NCBI GenBank assembly: GCA_045629645.1
Contig: JAZQRR010000026.1
Location: forward strand, 1 to 63,626
DNA: 63,626 nt
Direction: 5' to 3'
Source: Candidatus Enterousia sp.
GTDB lineage: Bacteria > Pseudomonadota > Alphaproteobacteria > Rs-D84
The notes beneath the pieces were generated by a model, which was not told the origin of the DNA, did not search any database, and worked only from the letters and a program-made list of their open reading frames with translations. A program made the position numbers and the translations under genes. Of this stretch, positions 38,831 to 47,842 are shown piece after piece. Positions within the stretch are counted from its first letter, which is position 1, and each line of letters opens with the position of its first letter.

Positions 38831-39331
38831 ATGAGATGCCCTTATTGTAATTCAACAGATAGTCGTGTAGCAGACTCGCGCCCTGATATCGAAGACGCGA
38901 TTATTCGTCGTCGTCGTGTTTGCGAACAATGTGGTGCAAAGTTTACAACGGTTGAACGTATTCAAATGCGTGATTTAATGGTTCGTAAAAATAGCGGAAA
39001 GTTAGAGGCGTTTGATCGTGAAAAACTGCGTCGCAGCATCCAGTTGGCATGTCGTAATCGCGAAGTTGGGGATGAACAAATTGAAAAGTTAGTTACTTCT
39101 ATCCACCGCAGACTTGAGACTGAGGCCCCAGACGATACGGTAAGTAGCGCAATGGTTGGACAAATGGTGTCTGATTCTTTGTTGAATTTGGACCCGATTG
39201 CGTTTGTACGTTTTGTGTCCGTTTATCGCAAGTTTTCGCGCGTTGCTGATTTTAAAAAAATCATTGATCAAATTCCAGAGGATGATGATATGGCAGTCGT
39301 TTGTAAATTGCCAAAAAATTCACTGTTCTGA
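38831..39331 (+). CDS. nrdR: Transcriptional repressor NrdR
   Basis: MRCPYCNSTDSRVADSR...RRRRVCEQCGAKFTTVE is a zinc ribbon followed by an ATP-cone. Confidence 0.9.
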   Translation: MRCPYCNSTDSRVADSRPDIEDAIIRRRRVCEQCGAKFTTVERIQMRDLMVRKNSGKLEAFDREKLRRSIQLACRNREVGDEQIEKLVTSIHRRLETEAPDDTVSSAMVGQMVSDSLLNLDPIAFVRFVSVYRKFSRVADFKKIIDQIPEDDDMAVVCKLPKNSLF

Positions 39332-39337
39332 TAAGAT

Positions 39338-41062
39338 ATGAAAAAATTTTTCACATTTTTAACAGCTGTTTTTATGCCGTTTGCTGCGGTTGCATTGGAT
39401 TTGCCAAATGTATTGTCCGATGTTGACGCCAGTTTATATAAACAAATTTTTGAATTGCAAGATAAAGAAAAAATTAACACCGCAATCAATGTGGAAAACC
39501 AAATTGCGGATAGATTATTAATGAACGAGGTTTTATATCAACGCTATATTTCTGATTCTTATCGTACGCGTGGTGCAGAAGTCGCAAAGTGGATGGAACA
39601 ATATTATAATATGCCGGGCGCTAAACGTATGGAAAAACTGGGCAAAATAAAAAAGACTGTTGTGCGCAAGGCATCGGTGCCAAATATTATTAGTGGTTCA
39701 GAATCTATTGAGGCAGCCCAGTCAGAAACATGGACCGCAAAAAAATATTCGGGAAATGCAAATCAAAAAATTAATGATTTTAAACGTGCAATCAGAACCG
39801 GTTCTACCAAGATTGCAAGACAAATATTAGAAGAAAAATCTTTTAAAAAAAGTGTCTCGGAATCAGATTATGGCAGATTGGCAGGACGTTTGTCTTATTT
39901 GTATTACACAAATGGTGAAGTTGAATTAGCAAAAAAGTGGGGTTTTGTTGCATCAGATGCAAATTCTGAATATGGGTTGTGGTCCATGGGATTGTTGTAT
40001 TTCAAAGATGGTAATTATATCGAAGCACAGAAATATTTCAGTCGGATTTTGGATTTGCCACAAATAAATAATGCCCGCAAGACCGAGGCAGCATTTTGGG
40101 CAGGGCGGTCTGCTGATTACAAGGGGGACAGGGTAACCGCAAAGAAGTATTGGCGTATTGCGGCAACTTATCCGATGGCGTTCTATGGCGCATTGTCTGC
40201 AACAATGCTGGGCGAGACGCCAAAATACGAATTCTTTGAAGCAGACGCAACCCAAGAAGATATTGAACAACTGATGAAAACAAGATACGGAAAAATGGCG
40301 TTGGCGTTATTGCAAATCGGACGCAAGGACAGGGCCGAAGAATATTTAAGATATTTAATTACACCAAATGTGCCAGACAGGGTTTTGCATGCGGTTAATT
40401 CTGTGGCGTCTGAATATGCGTTGCCACGTGTGTCTGTTCAATCGGCAGGGCTTATCAAAGACAGGGGAATTTTGGAAATTGATGACGATATTATTTATTC
40501 TGCACAATATCCGTTGCCAGATTGGGAACCGTTGGGTGGATGGTCTATTGACAGGGCGTTGTTATTAGCAATTGCAAAACAAGAAAGTAATTTCAGAACG
40601 TCGGCAACATCATGGGCGGGGGCAAACGGCGTAATGCAGATAATGCCAAGTACTGCAAAGCGTGTTGCACGTGCAAATAAGATGGATTTATCGCAAATGG
40701 ATATGTCAAACCCTGAACATAATATGTTCTTGGGACAACAATATATTGTCGATTTGTTACAACATCCCAGTATCGAAAATAATATTATAAAAATGTTGGC
40801 GGCGTATAATGCGGGTATGGGTACAATGGTTAAATTTGAAAAGTCTTTTTATACATATGATCCGTTATTATATATTGAAAGTTTCCCAGCATATGAAACA
40901 CGCAGTTATATCAAGCGTGTAATGTCTAATTTATGGTTATATCGTGCCAGATTAAATCAGCCATTATCTTCGATGGGGGAATTGGCAAATGGCAATTGGC
41001 CACTGTATAACAGTGAAGATGAATATGTTCAGCAACAAGTTGCAGAACGTATGATGATATAA
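39338..41062 (+). CDS. slt: Soluble lytic murein transglycosylase (Slt70-like)
   Basis: Signal peptide and superhelical N-terminal region. SLT catalytic motif AIAKQESNFRTSATSWAGANGVMQIMPSTA. Confidence 0.85.
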   Translation: MKKFFTFLTAVFMPFAAVALDLPNVLSDVDASLYKQIFELQDKEKINTAINVENQIADRLLMNEVLYQRYISDSYRTRGAEVAKWMEQYYNMPGAKRMEKLGKIKKTVVRKASVPNIISGSESIEAAQSETWTAKKYSGNANQKINDFKRAIRTGSTKIARQILEEKSFKKSVSESDYGRLAGRLSYLYYTNGEVELAKKWGFVASDANSEYGLWSMGLLYFKDGNYIEAQKYFSRILDLPQINNARKTEAAFWAGRSADYKGDRVTAKKYWRIAATYPMAFYGALSATMLGETPKYEFFEADATQEDIEQLMKTRYGKMALALLQIGRKDRAEEYLRYLITPNVPDRVLHAVNSVASEYALPRVSVQSAGLIKDRGILEIDDDIIYSAQYPLPDWEPLGGWSIDRALLLAIAKQESNFRTSATSWAGANGVMQIMPSTAKRVARANKMDLSQMDMSNPEHNMFLGQQYIVDLLQHPSIENNIIKMLAAYNAGMGTMVKFEKSFYTYDPLLYIESFPAYETRSYIKRVMSNLWLYRARLNQPLSSMGELANGNWPLYNSEDEYVQQQVAERMMI

Positions 41063-41088
41063 AAAATCCCCAATTTGGGGATTTTTTT
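41061..41088. terminator. Stereotyped terminator palindrome
   Basis: AAAAAATCCCCAATTTGGGGATTTTTTT. Confidence 0.7.
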
Positions 41089-41464
41089 ATATTTGTTTAT
41101 CTTTGTATATTACCGCTTTGTATATATCGATTGTCTGCGGACTTTTAAGCATTGCCCATGTCCGTAGATGTTCAAGATTGTCAGTATATATTTTTTTCAT
41201 AACTTTACGTTTAGCCGAACAATTAAGTGATATCATTGTGGCAGTCAAGATAATAATCGCAATGTGTGTGGGCAGATTTTCAAAATTGCCGTCATATGCA
41301 GATGAAATGAAATCAATCAATGTTAGCAAAGAAACACCAGAACACAAGATGTTAGATATGTTTAACATCAATTTTTGGTCTTTTGATTCTTTTAACTGCT
41401 TGCCCAGTCTTGTATATCTATCTTGTAATGCAGCCGGTGAAAAAGGGTCTTGTTTTGTATTCAT
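41087..41464 (-). CDS. Small two-TM protein (125 aa), array member 5
   Basis: Polar N-terminus, two hydrophobic helices (ISNILCSGVSLLTLIDFISSAY and THIAIIILTATMISLNCSA) and a Lys-rich C-terminal helix. Confidence 0.55.
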   Translation of the reverse strand: MNTKQDPFSPAALQDRYTRLGKQLKESKDQKLMLNISNILCSGVSLLTLIDFISSAYDGNFENLPTHIAIIILTATMISLNCSAKRKVMKKIYTDNLEHLRTWAMLKSPQTIDIYKAVIYKDKQI

Positions 41465-41470
41465 ATTTGT

Positions 41471-41869
41471 TTACCGTTGTTGGTTTTGTTGTTTTGTTAT
41501 GTCAATGATTGGCATGTTCTTTCTGTTTGATTTTATGAATGCCAAATCTGTTTTTATATCTTCGATTTTTGTTTTTATATTTGCAATCTTTTCTTTATAT
41601 TCTTTTTGGGTGTTTATATTAATGATGGTTGAACCAATCGCAAGCAGTAAAAATAATGCAGGGGTTGTCGCATCGGAATAATTATCTTGTGAAAATGACG
41701 CGCCTATTCTGGCAGAATGCGTAATTGTTGCAACAATAGTTATAATATGGGCACTATTAAGTACATATTTGTCCAGAACATTGTAAAATTTTAAAAGTTT
41801 TTCCTGTTCTTTCAGTTCTTGCAGTTTTTCATCGTATTCATCGATAGGTTCGTAGATAAAAGTAATCAT
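41471..41869 (-). CDS. Small two-TM protein (132 aa), array member 4
   Basis: Same architecture as the other array members. Its start overlaps the upstream gene stop (ATGA). Confidence 0.55.
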   Translation of the reverse strand: MITFIYEPIDEYDEKLQELKEQEKLLKFYNVLDKYVLNSAHIITIVATITHSARIGASFSQDNYSDATTPALFLLLAIGSTIININTQKEYKEKIANIKTKIEDIKTDLAFIKSNRKNMPIIDITKQQNQQR

Positions 41870-42210
41870 AATGTTTTGCCTTGAATTTGATGAGTGTTAT
41901 TGATTTTTTTATCCATTACAGATTTTATTTTTTCTTCTAATTCTTGCTTATTTTTTTTGGTCTTTTTTTTGATGTATTCTAAAGTAGCGCCCGAAAAAAT
42001 CGCACACATAGAGCCCATTATGTGTACTGGGCAATACATTAAAGTATTGTATTCAATGTTGCGTGTCAATGCCCATATATTAAATGCCAGTATCGTACCA
42101 AACAAAACCTGACCCAGGTATGTTGTGTTTATCAAGTTTCGATATTGTCCGACATGACGTTCCAACATATACAAATATTGTTTATCAAAATCTGTTTCTG
42201 AGAAAGACAT
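41866..42210 (-). CDS. Small two-TM protein (114 aa), array member 3
   Basis: Same architecture (YLGQVLFGTILAFNIWALT and CPVHIMGSMCAIFSGATLEYI, then KKKTKKNKQELEEKIK). Confidence 0.55.
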   Translation of the reverse strand: MSFSETDFDKQYLYMLERHVGQYRNLINTTYLGQVLFGTILAFNIWALTRNIEYNTLMYCPVHIMGSMCAIFSGATLEYIKKKTKKNKQELEEKIKSVMDKKINNTHQIQGKTL

Positions 42211-42215
42211 ATTTT

Positions 42216-42563
42216 TTACCGTCTGTTTTGTTGCGATTGCATTTTTTGTATTTTGATTTTTGTTTTTTCTATTTCTGTATCAAGTTCATTTATTTGCTGT
42301 TTGTTTTTATTTTTTATACACTGGTTTAATACAAACAATAAGGCAGCCAATGGGATATTTGCTGCTTGTAAATACATCCATAAATCGTTGTCAAAATCCT
42401 TGATAAACAGTGTTGCTGATGCAATGCCAATTGAAAATACGCACACAGCCTGAGCAAATTTTGTGCCCTTGATTGTCTGTTGAGACTTTTGCTTTTGTTG
42501 TCCAAGCCATTGTAAATGGTCTTGATTTATTTTGATTAAGTAAAAAGTTTCATCTTTATGCAT
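42216..42563 (-). CDS. Small two-TM protein (115 aa), array member 2
   Basis: Same architecture (FAQAVCVFSIGIASATLFI and MYLQAANIPLAALLFVLNQCI, then a KNKNKQQINELDTEIEK coiled coil). Confidence 0.55.
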   Translation of the reverse strand: MHKDETFYLIKINQDHLQWLGQQKQKSQQTIKGTKFAQAVCVFSIGIASATLFIKDFDNDLWMYLQAANIPLAALLFVLNQCIKNKNKQQINELDTEIEKTKIKIQKMQSQQNRR

Positions 42564-42568
42564 ATCTT

Positions 42569-42889
42569 TTACCGTTCTTTTGTATTATTGTTTTTATTTG
42601 ATTTATAGATATTGTATGCCTGTTGTGCCGCATATGCCGAATTTAACAGGAACAGCAATGCTATAACAAGTCCTTCTTTGTTACACCCATTGTCAAATGA
42701 TTGAACTGTTGTCTTGATTGCATAACCCATAGCCAATCCAGATATTATGGTAAAAACAATAACAAGGACGTTATGACCATTGTTATTTGGCGATTTTTGT
42801 TGTCCGTTATTATTGTATTTGTTTACTGATAGTGTACTCATATTTTGTTGTCCGTTATTATTGTATTTGTTTACTGATAGTGTACTCAT
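42569..42889 (-). CDS. Small two-TM protein (106 aa), array member 1, whose N-terminus is duplicated
   Basis: MSTLSVNKYNNNGQQ occurs twice, followed by two hydrophobic helices. Confidence 0.5.
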   Translation of the reverse strand: MSTLSVNKYNNNGQQNMSTLSVNKYNNNGQQKSPNNNGHNVLVIVFTIISGLAMGYAIKTTVQSFDNGCNKEGLVIALLFLLNSAYAAQQAYNIYKSNKNNNTKER

Positions 42890-42890
42890 A
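42795..42890. repeat. Perfect 48-bp tandem duplication covering the start codon of array member 1
   Basis: TTTTGTTGTCCGTTATTATTGTATTTGTTTACTGATAGTGTACTCATA occurs at 42795-42842 and again at 42843-42890. Confidence 0.85.
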
Positions 42891-42973
42891 GTGTGACAAA
42901 GTATATTGTAAAATATATTTTTGTCAACAAAAAAGAGTTTGTGTTTATTTGCATTTGTGCTATCTTGCAGGGG

Positions 42974-43600
42974 ATGAAAAAAGATATTCCTGATTTTGGA
43001 CCAGAGATAGATTCTGGTTATGAAATGGTTGCCGGCGTGGACGAGGTTGGACGCGGTCCGTTGTGTGGGCCTGTGGTTGCGGCGGCGGTGGTGTTCCCGA
43101 AACGCGATATTGAAATTCCGGTTATAATTCGTGATTCAAAACAGATGACACAGCGTCAGCGTGCGGCAGCGTATGATTGGATTTTACAAAATACTATATG
43201 GGCGGTCGCAGAATGTAGCCCAGCCGAGATTGACGAGATGAATATTCTGTGGGCGTCTATGTTGGCGATGCGTCGGGCGGTTGATAAATTAGATTGTGAT
43301 GTGCAATATTGTCTGGTGGATGGTAATCGTGTGCCAGATGGTATAACGGGTGCCGCGATTGTCAAAGGTGATGCAAAATCATTGTCTGTTGCCGCAGCGT
43401 CCATTGTGGCCAAGGAAACCAGAGATAGATTAATGGCAGACTTGGCAAAACAATACCCGCAGTATGGTTGGGATAAAAATGCGGGGTATCCAACAAAATC
43501 TCATTTACAGGCAATTGAAAAATATGGTATAAATCAGCATTATAGAAAATCGTTTGGACCAGTAAAAGGAAGGATAAAAAATGAAACTTCGCACAATTGA
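42974..43600 (+). CDS. rnhB: Ribonuclease HII
   Basis: VAGVDEVGRGPLCGPVVAAAVV... and DSKQMTQRQR are RNase HII motifs. The ATG at 42974 is preferred over the upstream GTG. Confidence 0.9.
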   Translation: MKKDIPDFGPEIDSGYEMVAGVDEVGRGPLCGPVVAAAVVFPKRDIEIPVIIRDSKQMTQRQRAAAYDWILQNTIWAVAECSPAEIDEMNILWASMLAMRRAVDKLDCDVQYCLVDGNRVPDGITGAAIVKGDAKSLSVAAASIVAKETRDRLMADLAKQYPQYGWDKNAGYPTKSHLQAIEKYGINQHYRKSFGPVKGRIKNETSHN

Positions 43601-44750
43601 AAATATCGATGTTCGTGGCAAGTTTGTCTTGTTGCGTGATGATTTTAACGTACAAATTGTTGATGGCGTTATAACAGACACTTTCCGTATTGATCAGAGT
43701 ATGCCAACAATAAATGCGCTGCGCAGTGCAGGGGCAAAAATCGCAATCGTTGCGCATCGTGGTCGCCCAAAAGGACAAAGAAATATGGAATATTCATTGC
43801 AGCCAATCGCTGATTATATGAAAATTCCATTAATCCCAGATTGTTTGGATAAAGATTTCTTGGAACAGATGCAAGAAGGCGATGTTGTTTTATTAGAAAA
43901 TGTTCGCTTTTATGCGGGTGAAGAACAAAATGATGCCGCGTTCGCAGCAGATTTGGCGCGTGGTTATGATATTTTTGTAAATGATGCTTTTGCGGTTTCT
44001 CATCGTGCGCATGCCAGTACGGTTGGTGTTGCAGAAATTTTGCCATCTTATGCGGGTAAATTGTTGGCAGATGAAATTGAACATTTATCAGCGGTTATGG
44101 AAAATCCGCAACGTCCATTGTTATCAATTGTTGCAGGCAGCAAGGTTTCTACAAAAATTGGTGTATTAAAAGCATTGGCAAAATTGTCTGACACATTGAT
44201 TATTGGTGGTGCGCTGGGGACTACGTTTAATTATGCGTGCGGTGCGCGTGTTGGTAATTCTTTGTTCGAAGCAGATCAAAAAGAAACGGCACTGGAAATA
44301 CTGGAATATGCAAAACAAAATAATTGTCAGGTCTTGTTGCCGTTGGACAAAGGTGTTGCCAAAGAATTTGCACGTGATGCAGTGCGCGAAAACAAGAATT
44401 TTGATGAAATCCAAGACGATGATGTTATTATTGATGCGGGGATTGAAACGACTGCGCGTGACGTTGCGGCGATTGAAAATGCACGTACTGTTATTTGGAA
44501 CGGTACTGTGGGTATGGCGGAATGGATGCCAACATGGTCTTATGGTTCGTTTGCGTTGGCAAATGCGATTGCAAAACAGACGCGTGATGGCAAGATAACC
44601 AGTGTTATTGGTGGTGGTGATACAGTTGCCGCATTAGAGGCATGTGGTGTCAAAGATGATATTACATATGTTTCGACCGGTGGTGGTGCGTTCTTGGAAT
44701 TTATCGAAGGGTGCGTATTGCCAGGAATTGCAATACTGGAAGACAAATAA
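43581..44750 (+). CDS. pgk: Phosphoglycerate kinase
   Basis: VLLRDDFNV...RIDQSMPTINAL...VAHRGRPKG...LLENVRFYAGEE are PGK motifs. Confidence 0.95.
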   Translation: MKLRTIENIDVRGKFVLLRDDFNVQIVDGVITDTFRIDQSMPTINALRSAGAKIAIVAHRGRPKGQRNMEYSLQPIADYMKIPLIPDCLDKDFLEQMQEGDVVLLENVRFYAGEEQNDAAFAADLARGYDIFVNDAFAVSHRAHASTVGVAEILPSYAGKLLADEIEHLSAVMENPQRPLLSIVAGSKVSTKIGVLKALAKLSDTLIIGGALGTTFNYACGARVGNSLFEADQKETALEILEYAKQNNCQVLLPLDKGVAKEFARDAVRENKNFDEIQDDDVIIDAGIETTARDVAAIENARTVIWNGTVGMAEWMPTWSYGSFALANAIAKQTRDGKITSVIGGGDTVAALEACGVKDDITYVSTGGGAFLEFIEGCVLPGIAILEDK

Positions 44751-44777
44751 AAAAATCCCCATTTGGGGATTTTTTTA
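44749..44777. terminator. Stereotyped terminator palindrome
   Basis: AAAAAAATCCCCATTTGGGGATTTTTTT. Confidence 0.7.
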
Positions 44778-45854
44778 ATTTATTGTTACAGGAATAATTG
44801 TTTGTTGTTTTGCGGTATCCAGTGAATGATACTGGAACGGTACTGTTGCAAAATCTATGTCTTGCATATTCAGACTGCGCAGTGTACGGTTGTACATTGT
44901 GTGATAATAAATAACACGGTTTTTTAAGTCGGTTGCAATTGTCCATTGTGTTGCAGATGGCATATTGTTTGGTGCGGCGCCAACTGCAAATTCAACCCCC
45001 AGTGGAACATCAAAATTGTTCAAGATATGAAACGCTTGTCTGATTGTGTCGATGGCGTTATCTTGTTGCAGTGAAAATGTTTTCAGAAATGCTGCGCGAA
45101 CAAAGCGTGATGGCGGTGTAAAGTCACCAGGCAGGCCATGAAACCCGGCCCCAGATCCAAAAGAGCGTAATGATATTGGACCGAATTTTAATGGGCCTGC
45201 GCCACCGGGGTGCAAGTTTACGTAATTATTCAGATTGGTCATATGCCATTGAAAACCAGGAGAATTTGTCAGTACGCCAATTTCATTTTCATAAAAGTTT
45301 GGAACACCGTTAACAATTTCCATAACAACCTGACGGCCGGATGGTTCTGTTATTCGCCAATGTACCGTTGATGAACGTTTGTCTACATTTATTATGCGAA
45401 CGTCATTAATTGCGGCTTTGACTTGGTCAATTGTGGCAAATCGCGACAGAATCCAAGATACAACTTGAAAGTCTGCCAATGAAATATCTTTGTCTTTTTC
45501 GTTGTATTCTTCGTATTTCCCATATTCAGGAAAGTAAAATAATGCGGCAGATAAACCGGCTTCGTTTGTGCCGTCTATGACAAATTCTGGTTGTTCAACC
45601 GCCAGTCCCGCATAGCCGTAAAGTGATATAAATGACAAGCCGTCCATTGTTCCATCAGGTAACAGCGATTGTTGATTATGTCCACGTGGAACGATTGTGT
45701 ACAGACTGTTGTTTTCTGATCCTGCCCAATCCATTGTTCGTGCAACGATTGTTGTGTTGTCGCGTGCTTTCAGGGTGATGCCGGTGCATGCATTTGCGTT
45801 TTGAATTAATGTCAGACACAGTGAAATTGTTGTGAATAAAATTATTTGTTTCAT
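44775..45854 (-). CDS. Choloylglycine hydrolase / penicillin V acylase family Ntn-hydrolase (exported)
   Basis: Signal peptide ending NANA, then CTGITLKARDNTTIVARTMDW. The Cys is the N-terminal nucleophile typical of this family. Confidence 0.75.
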   Translation of the reverse strand: MKQIILFTTISLCLTLIQNANACTGITLKARDNTTIVARTMDWAGSENNSLYTIVPRGHNQQSLLPDGTMDGLSFISLYGYAGLAVEQPEFVIDGTNEAGLSAALFYFPEYGKYEEYNEKDKDISLADFQVVSWILSRFATIDQVKAAINDVRIINVDKRSSTVHWRITEPSGRQVVMEIVNGVPNFYENEIGVLTNSPGFQWHMTNLNNYVNLHPGGAGPLKFGPISLRSFGSGAGFHGLPGDFTPPSRFVRAAFLKTFSLQQDNAIDTIRQAFHILNNFDVPLGVEFAVGAAPNNMPSATQWTIATDLKNRVIYYHTMYNRTLRSLNMQDIDFATVPFQYHSLDTAKQQTIIPVTIN

Positions 45855-46204
45855 ATGGTTTCCTTTGTTTGTATGAATTTATTATGTTCAAATTGCTGTT
45901 ATGAATCACTAGGAACGTTTGGACAGTAACAGGATAAAAATCAGTTGTTTCATTATCTGTAATGTAATATAATTGAATTAACATTGGATATTCCGGTGTT
46001 TGGGGTGTCACAACCTAAAAAAAAAATCACTCCGTCTGTGGGCAAAACGGACGTAAAAATTAATAGTGCTCCAACGTATAACAGGTTGGAGGGCTCGTGA
46101 ATATATTGAATAAGCGGCACAATTTTTTGAGTGAAAAATTGTTGTGAACCTCCAGCCACCTTGAATATTGGTGGCTTTTTTGTTTGGTTGTGTGGGGGAT
46201 TTTT

Positions 46205-46987
46205 ATGCGCAGGTTTTTGTTTTGTTTCGTTTTTGCCATGGTTGCGTTATGTAACGTGGCGTTTTCAGTTGTACCCGATTCGATTGATATAAAATGGATG
46301 GTTGATGGAAATCTGTACAGTCAGTCAACATGTGAATACGGTGGTGATGTAATTGTGCCTGATATTCCGACCAAGCGTGGTCATACATTTGTCGGATGGC
46401 GTCGTAATTATATTGAATTGGAATATTTGGAAAGTACCGGAACACAATGGATTGATACGGGGATTCGTGGGAACATGAGTTATACGTATGAAATTGATTT
46501 TAGGCAAACAAATACAAAAGAGTGTCGTAATTGGGGGGTGTTTTCAACAAACAAATATGAAGATTCAAATATGTCTCTTACCTGGAGTAGAGGGTGGGCG
46601 GTAAGGTGGGGTAGTGTATCTGGTGCAGATCCTAATCGAATAGATTTGTCTGTGATAGATACAAATAGACATGTATTAAAAATCATGGATGGTGTTGTTT
46701 ATTGGGATGGGGAGAATATGGGTAGAACTGTTGATCATAAATATAATTTTGTGTTTGAACATAATTTGTTTTTAGGAACAGTTAATCCAGGAGGAAATAC
46801 TCCCGAAATGAATGCGTATTCAAAATATTATTCATATAAAGTATGGAGTTATGATGGTGTGTTAATCCAAGATTTTATACCTGTTCTGGACTCGTATGGT
46901 GTGCCGTGTATGTATGACCGGGTGACAAATGAATTTTTCTATAATCAGGGTACGGGACAATTTATTGCGGGGCCGGTTAAACAATAA
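46205..46987 (+). CDS. Secreted protein with a Listeria-Bacteroides (InlB B-type) repeat
   Basis: Signal MRRFLFCFVFAMVALCNVAFS. YGGDVIVPDIPTKRGHTFVGW fits the GYTFxGW repeat consensus. Confidence 0.6.
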   Translation: MRRFLFCFVFAMVALCNVAFSVVPDSIDIKWMVDGNLYSQSTCEYGGDVIVPDIPTKRGHTFVGWRRNYIELEYLESTGTQWIDTGIRGNMSYTYEIDFRQTNTKECRNWGVFSTNKYEDSNMSLTWSRGWAVRWGSVSGADPNRIDLSVIDTNRHVLKIMDGVVYWDGENMGRTVDHKYNFVFEHNLFLGTVNPGGNTPEMNAYSKYYSYKVWSYDGVLIQDFIPVLDSYGVPCMYDRVTNEFFYNQGTGQFIAGPVKQ

Positions 46988-47763
46988 TGCGGGCGATATT
47001 GTTTGTATTTTGTTTGTTTTTATCTGTATCGGCGTATGCCGATGGTTTGATTGTGGAAAATACATCTGGTTTTTGTACAGTTGATGATTTGTATGTCACA
47101 GATAATGTCGCAATTATGCGTGCTGTGTTTCAAGCGAATACTTATGATTGTGGGGTGGGGTACTTTTTACCCGCCAATGGAACAGGTTGCGCGCCGTGTC
47201 CAGTTGAACATTCGTGTCCCGGTGGAACATATACTTTTAATGAAAATTATGCCCAGGGGATTGTTTATTCTGATTATGTAACCCGGGATGCGAATAACCT
47301 GTGTGCACCAGATTTTATCACCAAATCAGATGCCAAGATGTTTGCCGTATTTAAAATAAATACTTATGATTGTGGGGCAGGGTACTATTTACCCGCCGAT
47401 GGGGTTGAATGCGCGCCATGTGATGCAGGGCATTATTGTGTTGGTGGAACATATGTGTATAACGAAAGTATGGCCCAGGGAATATCGGCATGCCCCGATG
47501 GTTTGTTTTCGCCAACGGGTATGTGGGATGCGTCGCAATGCGGACGTAAATTGCATGTTGGCGAAGATGTGGTTTATTTACATGGCGTGAAAAAAACAAC
47601 GCCGTCATTAAATGTTGATATGAACGGTGATGGCGTGGCGGATTTCTGGGGAAATATGACAACGGTTCCAACAAATATGTCGCGTGATTCAACACATAAA
47701 TTAAAGATATTGTATAATGGCGTTGTTATGTATGTTCATGACGATACCGTTACACCAGAATAA
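46987..47763 (+). CDS. Secreted protein with two TNFR/ephrin-receptor-like Cys-rich repeats
   Basis: Internal duplication NTYDCGVGYFLPANGTGCAPCPVEHSCPGGTYTFNENYAQGI and NTYDCGAGYYLPADGVECAPCDAGHYCVGGTYVYNESMAQGI. Confidence 0.65.
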   Translation: MRAILFVFCLFLSVSAYADGLIVENTSGFCTVDDLYVTDNVAIMRAVFQANTYDCGVGYFLPANGTGCAPCPVEHSCPGGTYTFNENYAQGIVYSDYVTRDANNLCAPDFITKSDAKMFAVFKINTYDCGAGYYLPADGVECAPCDAGHYCVGGTYVYNESMAQGISACPDGLFSPTGMWDASQCGRKLHVGEDVVYLHGVKKTTPSLNVDMNGDGVADFWGNMTTVPTNMSRDSTHKLKILYNGVVMYVHDDTVTPE

Positions 47764-47780
47764 TCTTTTTTTGTGGATTG
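47728..47780 (+). repeat. Direct repeat X1 (3' end of gene 46987-47763)
   Basis: ATGTATGT..GACGATACCGTTACACCAGAATA..TCT..GTGGATT recurs at 50166-50213. Confidence 0.7.
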
Positions 47781-47842
47781 TAAAAATCTTGATATTATTA
47801 TGGCGCTGTATTACAATAAGTGACGTAATATACGGGGTTATA

